Source: Candidatus Zixiibacteriota bacterium (GTDB taxonomy: Bacteria; Zixibacteria; MSB-5A5; GN15; FEB-12). Taken from it: a DNA stretch of 28,832 nt. The notes beneath the pieces were generated by a model. It did not search any database. It saw only the letters and a program-made list of their open reading frames with translations, and was not told the origin of the DNA. The translations under genes and the position numbers were made by a program. Location: positions 1 to 28,832 of the forward strand of contig JACZYS010000004.1 of assembly GCA_022570975.1 (NCBI GenBank), read 5' to 3'. This document shows, in pieces, positions 8,640 to 17,132 of the stretch. Position 1 is the first letter of the stretch. Each line of letters opens with the position of its first letter.

Positions 8640-11453
8640 CTATTTTAACATCACCATTTTCTTGGAATCCTCAAATCCATCAGCTTTCAGGCGATAAAAA
8701 TAGACTCCGGAAGCCACTTGACTGCCAGATTCATTCTTTCCATCCCAAACAACTTCATGATTTCCGGCAGTTATCTGCCCATCATGGAGAGTTCTAACCA
8801 CCTGTCCCAAGATATTGATCACTGAGAGTTCAATCTCTGAGACCTTGGGAATTGAGAAGCTGATAGTGGTTGATGGGTTAAACGGATTTGGGTAGTTGTT
8901 ATGCAAAGAATAAGTTTCCGGAATCAACTCTTCTTTGTTAAGAGTTTTGTAGTAACCGCGGGATTTGAAAAAATATTTTATCTTCTTGCCCTTAATTACT
9001 GAATACTCAGGTATCTTAAACGATAACTGAATCTTTTCACCCGGCTGTATCGTTGCCATATTGCCATCTTCATACGATAATCCGGCAACAAGTTTACCGG
9101 CAACACTATGCACTGCTTCACTTGGTGTAATTCGGTGTTCAGTGAAATCTGTTCCCTGACCAACAAATAAGGCCTGGTAATCTGCCTTATATGATACTTT
9201 CCAGCTAATTTTGGCATTAAATGTTTCACCAAGCTCAATATCAGTTAAATCAGCATACCAGCGAGTGTTTTCGCTTTGGTATTCTCTTGAAGGTATTGAA
9301 CCAAGATAATACCAGTTTCCGTTAATGTCCTGAATCTCAGCAATAATGCTTTCACCCTCTCCACCGGTGTTTTCAAAAGTTATTGTTTTTTTCTGTGGTC
9401 CGCCTCCCGGACCAAGGGCAAAACCGTTCATGACAGTTTCAGAATACTCTCCAGATGCCGGATTTGGGAATGAGAGAATCATGTAGCCCGGCCAGTCAAC
9501 ATCCATCCAATACCCATCTTCTTTACCAATATACTCCATTAAATCTCTACCCCATGAATCAGTTGCAGAAAGTGGTGCAATTGCTTTAGTATAAGTGAAT
9601 ACCTTTCCTTCATTCGATATACCTACTTTTGTGTTTTCATCATATATCACCATCACCAATTCTACTTCGTCAAGAAATGTGATTTCATTTTCCAATTCTC
9701 TTATTTCAAAATGGAAATATCCATCATCTTCTATCAGCCTGTTTGAAAGAGGATAGAAGTCGTTTTTAATTTCAGGATTCAAATTACCCTGTGAATGAGT
9801 GAGGATTGTGTTTTCAAGCACATATCCGGACCCATACCAACTGTAAAGTGTTGGGCATCCTCCTCCTCCTCCTGCAACTCTAACAGTAAACTCACCTCTA
9901 ATAAGAGAAAGAGCACCATATCCGTTACCCATTGCGTCAAGCGAGTTAATTATTAGGGTATCGTTAGTATGTTTAATAACAACTCTGTTGAAAGCTTTGT
10001 GCATTGAGTCTGGCTCTACCTCTATAAATTTGTAGACATCAGTCCCAACTACGTCTGCATCTACGACTAGAAAGCCAACATTATCAAAAACTAAGTTACC
10101 GAGTGAAAACTCTGGCGTTATAGTTACTGATTCAAGTGAACTCGATTCAGCTGCTATTAAAGTATCAGTGGACTTAGATCTAGACCATCTTAGTGTCCCA
10201 CCTTCATAAGAAAATTCTGTTGAAATGCTTTTGGGATCGGTATGTGTTATAACGCTTGAATCAACAGCAAAGCCGGCGTTGATTTCACTAGTTACAACGT
10301 CTGTATATAACGGTGCATTGTTCTTCATAGAAAAGTAATAGCTGTAGTTCTCAGTAGCCACAACCACAACCACAGTATCAAGTTTCCACCAGGCGCGCTC
10401 TTCCACGGTTTTTAGGTAGCCATATGCACCTGCATTGTCATTAGTATCAGCATAATTGGTGCAACCTGTAAAGATGTAGTCATCTTTGATCCTTACTTTG
10501 TAATTTGCGTCGGGATCTGCAGTTACATCAACATCAAAGTCTATATGCAGGAAGTCCGCCGGAAAAGTGGTAGGTGCAGCTGGACCACCTGAGCTTAATG
10601 ATACGTCAATTGTTGTATCAGTAATGTTCGAAATAGTTGGAGTACCAGAATAATCAGTCGTCGTGAAACTATTGTAGTCCAGTTCAGAATCAAACGCCAC
10701 CGTAAATTCATAACTGTCCTCGTGCTTGAAGTTCAGACTATCCAGCACCAAAGTTGCGGTTGCAGTCCCACCTACATAAGTAGAATCCATAATCCCAGTG
10801 GTGGTCAGCTTTACTGCTGGTTCTTCGTAATACCTATATCCAGAGGTGAGAGTAGGATAATAATCTGTACTTCCTCCTGAAGTTGTATTGTAGCGATTTA
10901 TGAAAGCTCCGCTTGAATCTTTGAATTCCAAATGAACGCTATCTGTATAACCCAGACATTGAGTCAAATAGATATTTATAGTAAATATATCTATATTATC
11001 AAATTCATCTGGAGTTGATGGAATCATCTTGATTTTGAGATACTTCCCAGACGGATCACCGTAGATAATTGAATCAAGTGTTGAAGCAGTATCTGTATAT
11101 AACCAATCAATTTCATATTCTAATGCAGTGTGTCCTGTAGCATTGATTTTTAGATATATGAATAGTTCACTAACATCTGTATGAGCATCAGAATTGAAAG
11201 TGAATGTATGTGAAGATTGTTCAAGGAATTCACCTCCAAATTGAATTTCGTCGCTGGTCATAAGATATTCACATGAGCCACAGGCATCTAAAGCCATGCT
11301 CTGGTCATATCCTTTCTGCGCATTAACATTCACCGATGTAAGAACTAGTAAAAGAATTGACGTCAAAATAAGTCTTTTAAACATTTTTCCTCCCATGTTA
11401 AAATTGTCGTTTAGATTCTGTTTTTCAAAAAAATTAAAGAAAGAAATCTCCAT
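8640..11453 (-). CDS. large secreted beta-rich protein with cohesin-like modules, a GGCPxLYxW domain and a C-terminal FlgD-Ig/T9SS-like domain (alternative start 11384)
   Basis: Signal peptide MFKRLILTSILLLVLTSVNVNA begins at 11384; GGGGGCPTLYSWYGSGYVLENTIL motif; C-terminal LHNNYPNPFNPSTTISFSIP. The cohesin-like call is a by-eye fold guess. Confidence 0.7.
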   Translation of the reverse strand: MEISFFNFFEKQNLNDNFNMGGKMFKRLILTSILLLVLTSVNVNAQKGYDQSMALDACGSCEYLMTSDEIQFGGEFLEQSSHTFTFNSDAHTDVSELFIYLKINATGHTALEYEIDWLYTDTASTLDSIIYGDPSGKYLKIKMIPSTPDEFDNIDIFTINIYLTQCLGYTDSVHLEFKDSSGAFINRYNTTSGGSTDYYPTLTSGYRYYEEPAVKLTTTGIMDSTYVGGTATATLVLDSLNFKHEDSYEFTVAFDSELDYNSFTTTDYSGTPTISNITDTTIDVSLSSGGPAAPTTFPADFLHIDFDVDVTADPDANYKVRIKDDYIFTGCTNYADTNDNAGAYGYLKTVEERAWWKLDTVVVVVATENYSYYFSMKNNAPLYTDVVTSEINAGFAVDSSVITHTDPKSISTEFSYEGGTLRWSRSKSTDTLIAAESSSLESVTITPEFSLGNLVFDNVGFLVVDADVVGTDVYKFIEVEPDSMHKAFNRVVIKHTNDTLIINSLDAMGNGYGALSLIRGEFTVRVAGGGGGCPTLYSWYGSGYVLENTILTHSQGNLNPEIKNDFYPLSNRLIEDDGYFHFEIRELENEITFLDEVELVMVIYDENTKVGISNEGKVFTYTKAIAPLSATDSWGRDLMEYIGKEDGYWMDVDWPGYMILSFPNPASGEYSETVMNGFALGPGGGPQKKTITFENTGGEGESIIAEIQDINGNWYYLGSIPSREYQSENTRWYADLTDIELGETFNAKISWKVSYKADYQALFVGQGTDFTEHRITPSEAVHSVAGKLVAGLSYEDGNMATIQPGEKIQLSFKIPEYSVIKGKKIKYFFKSRGYYKTLNKEELIPETYSLHNNYPNPFNPSTTISFSIPKVSEIELSVINILGQVVRTLHDGQITAGNHEVVWDGKNESGSQVASGVYFYRLKADGFEDSKKMVMLK

Positions 11454-11539
11454 CGCACCTCCTCATTCGAAAAGATATTTATGTCTATTGCAATGTCATG
11501 AACCGGGAGATACGAAATTCTCCACAACCCATCATAGTT

Positions 11540-11574
11540 AATATATGAGCAGGGGTGACAGTTTCTGGCAGTGG
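11540..11574 (-). promoter_or_regulatory. operator-promoter for the secreted cluster: TGCCA-N5-TGTCA-N10-TATATT
   Basis: The minus strand reads CCACTGCCA GAAAC TGTCA CCCCTGCTCA TATATT, the same layout as at 17842-17875 and 17909-17941. Confidence 0.65.
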
Positions 11575-11673
11575 GATTGAAAATAATTGAAAAAAAGTGA
11601 AGAAATTTAGGTGATTGAGATTTTCCGCAACCAAGACCATTAATAATTGACTTTTACGTAATTTATCTTCTAG

Positions 11674-11696
11674 CCACTGCCAAATTCTGGCAGTGG
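11674..11696. promoter_or_regulatory. perfect palindromic operator CCACTGCCA-N5-TGGCAGTGG
   Basis: 9-bp perfect inverted repeat with a 5-bp spacer, 83 bp upstream of the 11780 start. No TATATT at +10 on either side. Confidence 0.7.
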
Positions 11697-11779
11697 ACTT
11701 CCAGTTTTTTTCATTTTCAGTTAGTAAATTTGTGATTTTTGGGTATATTTCTATGTATAACAGGAATTAGGACCGAATT

Positions 11780-14700
11780 ATGAAATCAAATTATTACAGT
11801 TTCGAAAAAATTATATCAAAAAATCTATTTTGTGAGTCTTGGTTAGCAGTTGACAAGGAATCAGGCGAGAATGTCTTCGTAAAGATTCCACTTTCAACAT
11901 CTGAAAGAGCCGATGTAAGAATAGAAGAAATTCTATACAATTCCTTTCAGAATCAGAAAGTTATTGGAAATGGAAGAATAGTAACTGCAAGGCGAAAAAC
12001 CAAAGAGAGCAAGAGACTTCAAATAGAATATCCATATCTGAGTGAAGAAATCTATATTCCATTGTCAAGCGAAAAATTTTGGAGTAATCTTGAAAGCATT
12101 TTACCTCAAATGGCAGTACTGCTTGATTACTTGCACTTGTACGGACTTGTTCACTGTGATATTAAGTTGAATAATTTCCTGGTTAAATCTACAGCAAATG
12201 GACCTCAATTGTATCTGAATGACTTAGATTTTTTAACAAAAGATAAATCAATTCCAAGGGGGATGATATTTGGAACAAGAGACCATATTCCTCCAGAAAT
12301 AGATTCAAATGAAATTGTATTATGTTCGTCAGATAATTACTCCATAGGAGCAATGTTAAAGAAATGCTTATCAGAGTTGAATAGAGAATTAGATAAATCC
12401 GTTCCCGAACAGACACAATTCTCGATAAATGAACTCGCAAATCTCTTATCGAATAAAGATCCATACAATAGACCAAGAATCCTCATGGATGCGTTGGTGG
12501 ATGCAAGTATTATCGATGAAGAGTCCAGATCAAATTATAATAGGGCAGTTATTGCAATGAAACTCTTGTCATCTTTTAAGTTTTTTCTTAGAAATGGTGA
12601 TAGCAATACTAATGAGTTAATGCAACATTTCTTTGATAAAAACAATATAATGGGAATTTCTGATGAACTAAAAAATGACTTTCAGTTATCATTGAATTCG
12701 AATAGATCTGCTACTATTAGAGTGTTCAAGAAGTTTTTCAAGATCGCATCTATTGCTAGGCATGGAGATTACTGGCATTTTGAATGCAAAGATTCTGATA
12801 TGTATTCTATCTTGGTTGAACTGGATAAAATCAAAAACACAAATGTCTTGCAGTTTCAGGATTCTTGCGACTTAAGAGAATTACAATATATCATCAAGAT
12901 AGTTGACAACTCAATTGTTGATGGAAACTACGAAAAGGCATACCATCTCAGTATCCATTTATTGGGAGCTTTTGAGAATCAAAATCTATCAAAGAGTGCT
13001 TCTCTTTATGAAAACATCCTAATCAAACTTGTGTCTCTTTCGAGAGATTTGAACAGAAATGGAGAGTTGAGAAAATTTCTACTCAAACTTTACACTTTGA
13101 GAAAGAGGCATGGAAATAGGGACATAAATTTATTATATGAATACAATACTCAGTTGTTATTGATTAGTTTTTTCATTAGAGCAAAGCGAATCATAAAAAT
13201 AGGAAAATTAATTTCAGAAAAACGTTCAGATCAAATTTCGCTAAGTAAATTCTTGGTGCAAGAGGCCTGGGTCAAGATTCACGAAGAGCATTACGAGGAA
13301 GCAAGGATTGTATTAAATAATTGTCAAACAATGGTTAATAGAATAGATGATAGAACACTTCTAATTGGAATTTATTATTCTTTAGGAATATTGGATTGGA
13401 GAAGAGGTAAGATAGAATCTTCAACTGATAATTTGTTGAGAGCATTTAATATAGCAGAAGAAGAAGACCATCTTTCAAAATCAGAATCAGTATCATTATT
13501 GACTGGGTTAATAATGCTATTAATAAATCAAATGGAAATAAATAAAGCAATAGAGATTGGAAAATCGGCAGTATTAGAAATCTCTGAAACCAGAGACAAG
13601 TCAAAGCTATCAAGAATTTATATACTTATGGCAACCGCATATAGTTTGATTCCCAATGAAGCAAAAGCGAGGTATTGGATTCAAAAAGCTTATCCTTACT
13701 TAAGAGTTAGATATAACAGACCACTTATAATCTATTACTATTTAATTCTTGGAATGATTGAAATAGATAGTTTCCATCTTAATAAAGCAAAGATTATCTT
13801 GTGCAATGCTTTAGAGCTTGCAGCTCCTAAAGAAAATGATGTTAATACTTGCGCAATTTACCAACAGCTTGCAAAAATTTCCTTTTACGAAGGGAAGAAA
13901 CTAGATTTTGAAAAATATTTACAACATGCAAGACAAATTAGCAAATCCATAAAAGATAAAGTTTCATATTTTGAAATTGAAAGTATGTCAGCATTATTTG
14001 ATTTTTATTACTCTCAAGAAGCTTGTCTAGAAAATGTTGAATTATCTTTTATTAAGCTTGTCAGCAATAGCGCTCATAATTATTCTTCAATTCTCCTCTT
14101 CCATATTTTACTAAACTCGACTTCCAAGAACGATAGAGAATTAATTGAAAAAATGTCAAACAAGAAAGTTACGATCTCTTTGAATTCAAATATTAGGCTG
14201 TTTAAGATGATAAGCTTAGTTCAGAAGTCAAATGAAAAGGATATTTCAAGAATTGACCTGAAGTTAAATTTCCTTAAGGAGGCTTACAAAGTATCGAATG
14301 AATCTGGAAATAGATTCAATTCTCTACTCCTTTCACAAAAAATCGCACAGTTGTATCTGAAAAAAGGGGAAACAAGACAAGCAAGAAAATACTTGGAAAA
14401 TGCAAAGAAGATTGCTGGGTTTATTGGGAATAGTTTTTTCTTAGACAAAATTGAGAAAAATATAGAGGAAATTAAATTGACAAATAGAGCAGTAGGACAG
14501 GAGCTTGAAGGATACAAACGTATTGGAAAAATTCTTGGTGATATTGATAATTATGACAAATCTATCAAAGAAGTCATAAAATTTGCAGTTTCTGCTACTG
14601 GAGCAGAAAGAGGTGTTTTGTTCCTAAAGAACATGCATGAAGATAAATTACGGATGGAAGCCTATGTAAATTGTGACGAAGAGAGCATTGAGGATATCAT

Positions 14701-15955
14701 CGATTTTAGCACCAACTTACCTAATAGCGTTCTAATAAATAATGAAACGCTTACAATTGAGGATGCTACAAAAGACAAAAGGACAAGGGATTACAAGAGT
14801 ATTATCCAGAACAATATTCTATCGGTACAATGTACTCCGATTTATTATGATGAGGGTCTATTGGGAGTGATATATTTGGATAACCACACAATTCCTGCAT
14901 TATTCGAAGAAAAAGATTTGGAGTATATCAAATCAATGTCAAATATTATTGCTATAATGATTATGGTTTTACGGGGACAAAAGGACCTTAAATATATAAA
15001 CAAGCAACTTTCGGAAGACTACAACAAAGCTAAAGGATCTATTGGATTCATATCAGAAAATAAGATTGTATTAGACATGTTCAAAATGATTTCAAAATTT
15101 GCTAAAACAAACGTTCCAATCTTAATAATTGGAGAAAGTGGCACTGGGAAAGAAATTATTTCCAACATGATACATGAACTTAGCGATAGAAAAGGTAAAC
15201 CATTCTTGAAACTTAACTGTGCAGCATTGCCAGCAAACCTTATTGAAAGTGAACTCTTTGGAGTTGCTAAGAAAGTAGCTACAGGTGTTGATGCAAGGGA
15301 GGGGAAATTTAAAGCAGCAGACGGAGGCACCCTCTTATTAGATGAGATAGGTGACATGCCTATGGAAATTCAGGCCAAAGTGTTAAGAGTTTTAGAATAT
15401 CAAGAATTTCAACCTGTTGGAAGTAATATTACTGTATACACCGATGTCAGATTTATTTATGCAACCAACAAAGATTTGAAAGAATTAATTAGGTTAGGGA
15501 AATTTCGAGAAGATTTGTATAGTAGAATACACTCAATAGATATTAAGATCCCTCCTTTAAGAGAGCGAGTTGATGACATCTTATTGCTACTTGATAAATA
15601 CATAAAATTTTACTCAAATATTAAACCTGCTCCTAGATTCTCCAATGATGCGATAGAATGTTTAATGAACTATCATTGGCCAAGTAATGTGAGAGAACTA
15701 AAAAACTTCGTTGAAAGATGTTGTATATTATATCCTGGAGATGAAATAAGTAAAGGGATGCTTCCTGAGGAATTTCAATCTCAAGAAATTAATGATAGAG
15801 ATTTGAACAAAAAAATAATTTCAAGTGAAATATCGAAATATAGGCTGGCATTAAATAGATTTGCTGGAAATGAATCTAAGTCGGCGAAATATTTGAACAT
15901 ACCGCTATCAACTTTTAGAAGAAGACTTAAAAAATATAATTTAGATAAAAAGTAA
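11780..15955 (+). CDS. Ser/Thr kinase-like / TPR / GAF / sigma54 AAA+ / Fis-HTH fusion enhancer-binding protein
   Basis: N-terminal kinase motifs (VFVK, HCDIKLNN, GTRDHIPPE, SDNYSIG); helical TPR-like middle; GAF (GAERGVLFL, GVIYLDN); AAA+ motifs GESGTGKE, NCAA, ESELFG, GGTLLLDEIG, RFIYATN, FREDLY, WPSNVRELKN; C-terminal HTH. Confidence 0.9.
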   Translation: MKSNYYSFEKIISKNLFCESWLAVDKESGENVFVKIPLSTSERADVRIEEILYNSFQNQKVIGNGRIVTARRKTKESKRLQIEYPYLSEEIYIPLSSEKFWSNLESILPQMAVLLDYLHLYGLVHCDIKLNNFLVKSTANGPQLYLNDLDFLTKDKSIPRGMIFGTRDHIPPEIDSNEIVLCSSDNYSIGAMLKKCLSELNRELDKSVPEQTQFSINELANLLSNKDPYNRPRILMDALVDASIIDEESRSNYNRAVIAMKLLSSFKFFLRNGDSNTNELMQHFFDKNNIMGISDELKNDFQLSLNSNRSATIRVFKKFFKIASIARHGDYWHFECKDSDMYSILVELDKIKNTNVLQFQDSCDLRELQYIIKIVDNSIVDGNYEKAYHLSIHLLGAFENQNLSKSASLYENILIKLVSLSRDLNRNGELRKFLLKLYTLRKRHGNRDINLLYEYNTQLLLISFFIRAKRIIKIGKLISEKRSDQISLSKFLVQEAWVKIHEEHYEEARIVLNNCQTMVNRIDDRTLLIGIYYSLGILDWRRGKIESSTDNLLRAFNIAEEEDHLSKSESVSLLTGLIMLLINQMEINKAIEIGKSAVLEISETRDKSKLSRIYILMATAYSLIPNEAKARYWIQKAYPYLRVRYNRPLIIYYYLILGMIEIDSFHLNKAKIILCNALELAAPKENDVNTCAIYQQLAKISFYEGKKLDFEKYLQHARQISKSIKDKVSYFEIESMSALFDFYYSQEACLENVELSFIKLVSNSAHNYSSILLFHILLNSTSKNDRELIEKMSNKKVTISLNSNIRLFKMISLVQKSNEKDISRIDLKLNFLKEAYKVSNESGNRFNSLLLSQKIAQLYLKKGETRQARKYLENAKKIAGFIGNSFFLDKIEKNIEEIKLTNRAVGQELEGYKRIGKILGDIDNYDKSIKEVIKFAVSATGAERGVLFLKNMHEDKLRMEAYVNCDEESIEDIIDFSTNLPNSVLINNETLTIEDATKDKRTRDYKSIIQNNILSVQCTPIYYDEGLLGVIYLDNHTIPALFEEKDLEYIKSMSNIIAIMIMVLRGQKDLKYINKQLSEDYNKAKGSIGFISENKIVLDMFKMISKFAKTNVPILIIGESGTGKEIISNMIHELSDRKGKPFLKLNCAALPANLIESELFGVAKKVATGVDAREGKFKAADGGTLLLDEIGDMPMEIQAKVLRVLEYQEFQPVGSNITVYTDVRFIYATNKDLKELIRLGKFREDLYSRIHSIDIKIPPLRERVDDILLLLDKYIKFYSNIKPAPRFSNDAIECLMNYHWPSNVRELKNFVERCCILYPGDEISKGMLPEEFQSQEINDRDLNKKIISSEISKYRLALNRFAGNESKSAKYLNIPLSTFRRRLKKYNLDKK

Positions 15956-16028
15956 CAGCCCTCAAATTTTACCACATCATTATTTTCTTGCCAAAGTTGG
16001 TTAAGCTAAGTCATTAGCTATCAACAAT

Positions 16029-16049
16029 AGAATTCATTCTTTGAATTCT
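16029..16049. promoter_or_regulatory. candidate upstream activator sequence (AGAATTCA-N5-TGAATTCT)
   Basis: 8-bp inverted repeat about 105-125 bp upstream of the -24 element. AT-rich, so a chance match is possible. Confidence 0.3.
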
Positions 16050-16152
16050 TCGGTTAAATAATTGGCAAATCTTAATTAACGACAAAGAGCCAAAAGTCTC
16101 TATGTCTTTGTACCCAATTCACTTATCAACATATTCCTGCGCTTAAAAATCT

Positions 16153-16168
16153 CGGCACCTTTTTTGAA
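16153..16168 (+). promoter_or_regulatory. sigma54-type -24/-12 promoter (CGGCAC-N5-TTGAA)
   Basis: GG at 16154-55 and G at 16166 have the canonical spacing, with A in place of C at -12. The site follows a sigma54 activator gene and precedes an AGGAGG RBS at 16208-16213. Confidence 0.65.
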
Positions 16169-16218
16169 TAGCCTCTTAAAGTCAACTAGAGGATCAACAT
16201 TTATTCAAGGAGGTAGCC

Positions 16219-16467
16219 GTGATGAGAAGGATGCTAATCTTATCAGTATCATTTTGCATTGTGCTCTCACTGATAGTTGGATCAGTTCTTGTTCCAACTG
16301 ATTTACATGCGGGACAGGGTGGTGGACTTCCCCCTCCGCCAGATACAACCGGAACTGACAGTTATATAGGTGGTGGGGATGCTGAAAAAATACAATTTGA
16401 AGAACCAACAAGTGAAGAACTTTCACTTACCGACTTGCTTCTTTTGTATTTCGATTTAATTCTTTAA
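16219..16467 (+). CDS. small exported peptide/protein (82 aa)
   Basis: Strong RBS; signal-peptide-like N-terminus ending ...TDLHA; Gly/Pro-rich acidic middle; Leu-rich C-terminal tail; followed by a terminator. Confidence 0.8.
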   Translation: MMRRMLILSVSFCIVLSLIVGSVLVPTDLHAGQGGGLPPPPDTTGTDSYIGGGDAEKIQFEEPTSEELSLTDLLLLYFDLIL

Positions 16468-16472
16468 ACATT

Positions 16473-16499
16473 GGGGGCAATTAAACTGCCCCCTTTTTT
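16473..16499 (+). terminator. intrinsic terminator after the peptide gene
   Basis: GGGGGCA-ATTAAAC-TGCCCCC followed by TTTTTT. Confidence 0.75.
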
Positions 16500-16511
16500 A
16501 TTGAGGTCATT

Positions 16512-17132
16512 ATGAATCCTTCTGAAAAAATATTATTGCTAATTAACTTGCTTAATTCAAAATCTGATGTAAGCCTACATGAAATAATGGAGAAATGTAA
16601 AATTGCTAAAAGAACTGCCTATAGATATCTTAACTCACTTTCGGAGTATAACATTCCTGTTTACTTTGATAAGGATGTCCTGGGCTACCGACTGACAAGG
16701 AAATCATCAATTCACAATTCTAGTTTGTCTGAAAAAGACTATCTACTTGCCATAATCTGCTTAAAAATGGTAGAATGTAATGTGAGCATAGACTATAGAA
16801 ATTCAATCAAGAATGTTATACTAAAACTTTTAATTAATAATACATTGAATATTGAACATGCATTAGAATTGATTGAACAAGAATTTGATCCTGCAAATCT
16901 AAAGACACATGACTTTTCTGAACTTATGTCTTCAGTCTTGATTGTGTCGGCTATTTCTTCTAAGAGAAAAATTCGTTTATACAAGTATACATCAGAAGAC
17001 AAGAATGTTACGGATATAATTCTCAGCCCAACATTGAACTTTGAAAATCAATGGAGGGTAAGCGAAAATAAAGCAAATCATGAATTTTCTGTACAACTTA
17101 AAGATATCAAGAAGGTAGAAGTTCTGCCATAA
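16512..17132 (+). CDS. YafY-like winged-HTH regulator with degenerate WYL-like C-terminal domain
   Basis: N-terminal HTH (LLNSKSDVSLHEIMEKCKIAKRTAYRYLNSL...GYRL). The C-terminal AISSKRKIRLYKY...LSPTLNFENQWRV...KDIKKVEVL follows the WYL-domain pattern. No WCX domain. Confidence 0.65.
   Translation: MNPSEKILLLINLLNSKSDVSLHEIMEKCKIAKRTAYRYLNSLSEYNIPVYFDKDVLGYRLTRKSSIHNSSLSEKDYLLAIICLKMVECNVSIDYRNSIKNVILKLLINNTLNIEHALELIEQEFDPANLKTHDFSELMSSVLIVSAISSKRKIRLYKYTSEDKNVTDIILSPTLNFENQWRVSENKANHEFSVQLKDIKKVEVLP

Noticed and set aside
15988-16068. TTGCCAA/TTGGCAA half-sites as a fifth operator copy
   Set aside because: The spacing does not fit N5 and the flanks do not match the consensus.
4462-16426. 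Short ORFs antisense to or overlapping the S8, 937-aa, bEBP and peptide genes
   Set aside because: These are shadow frames of long, motif-bearing genes and have no independent support.
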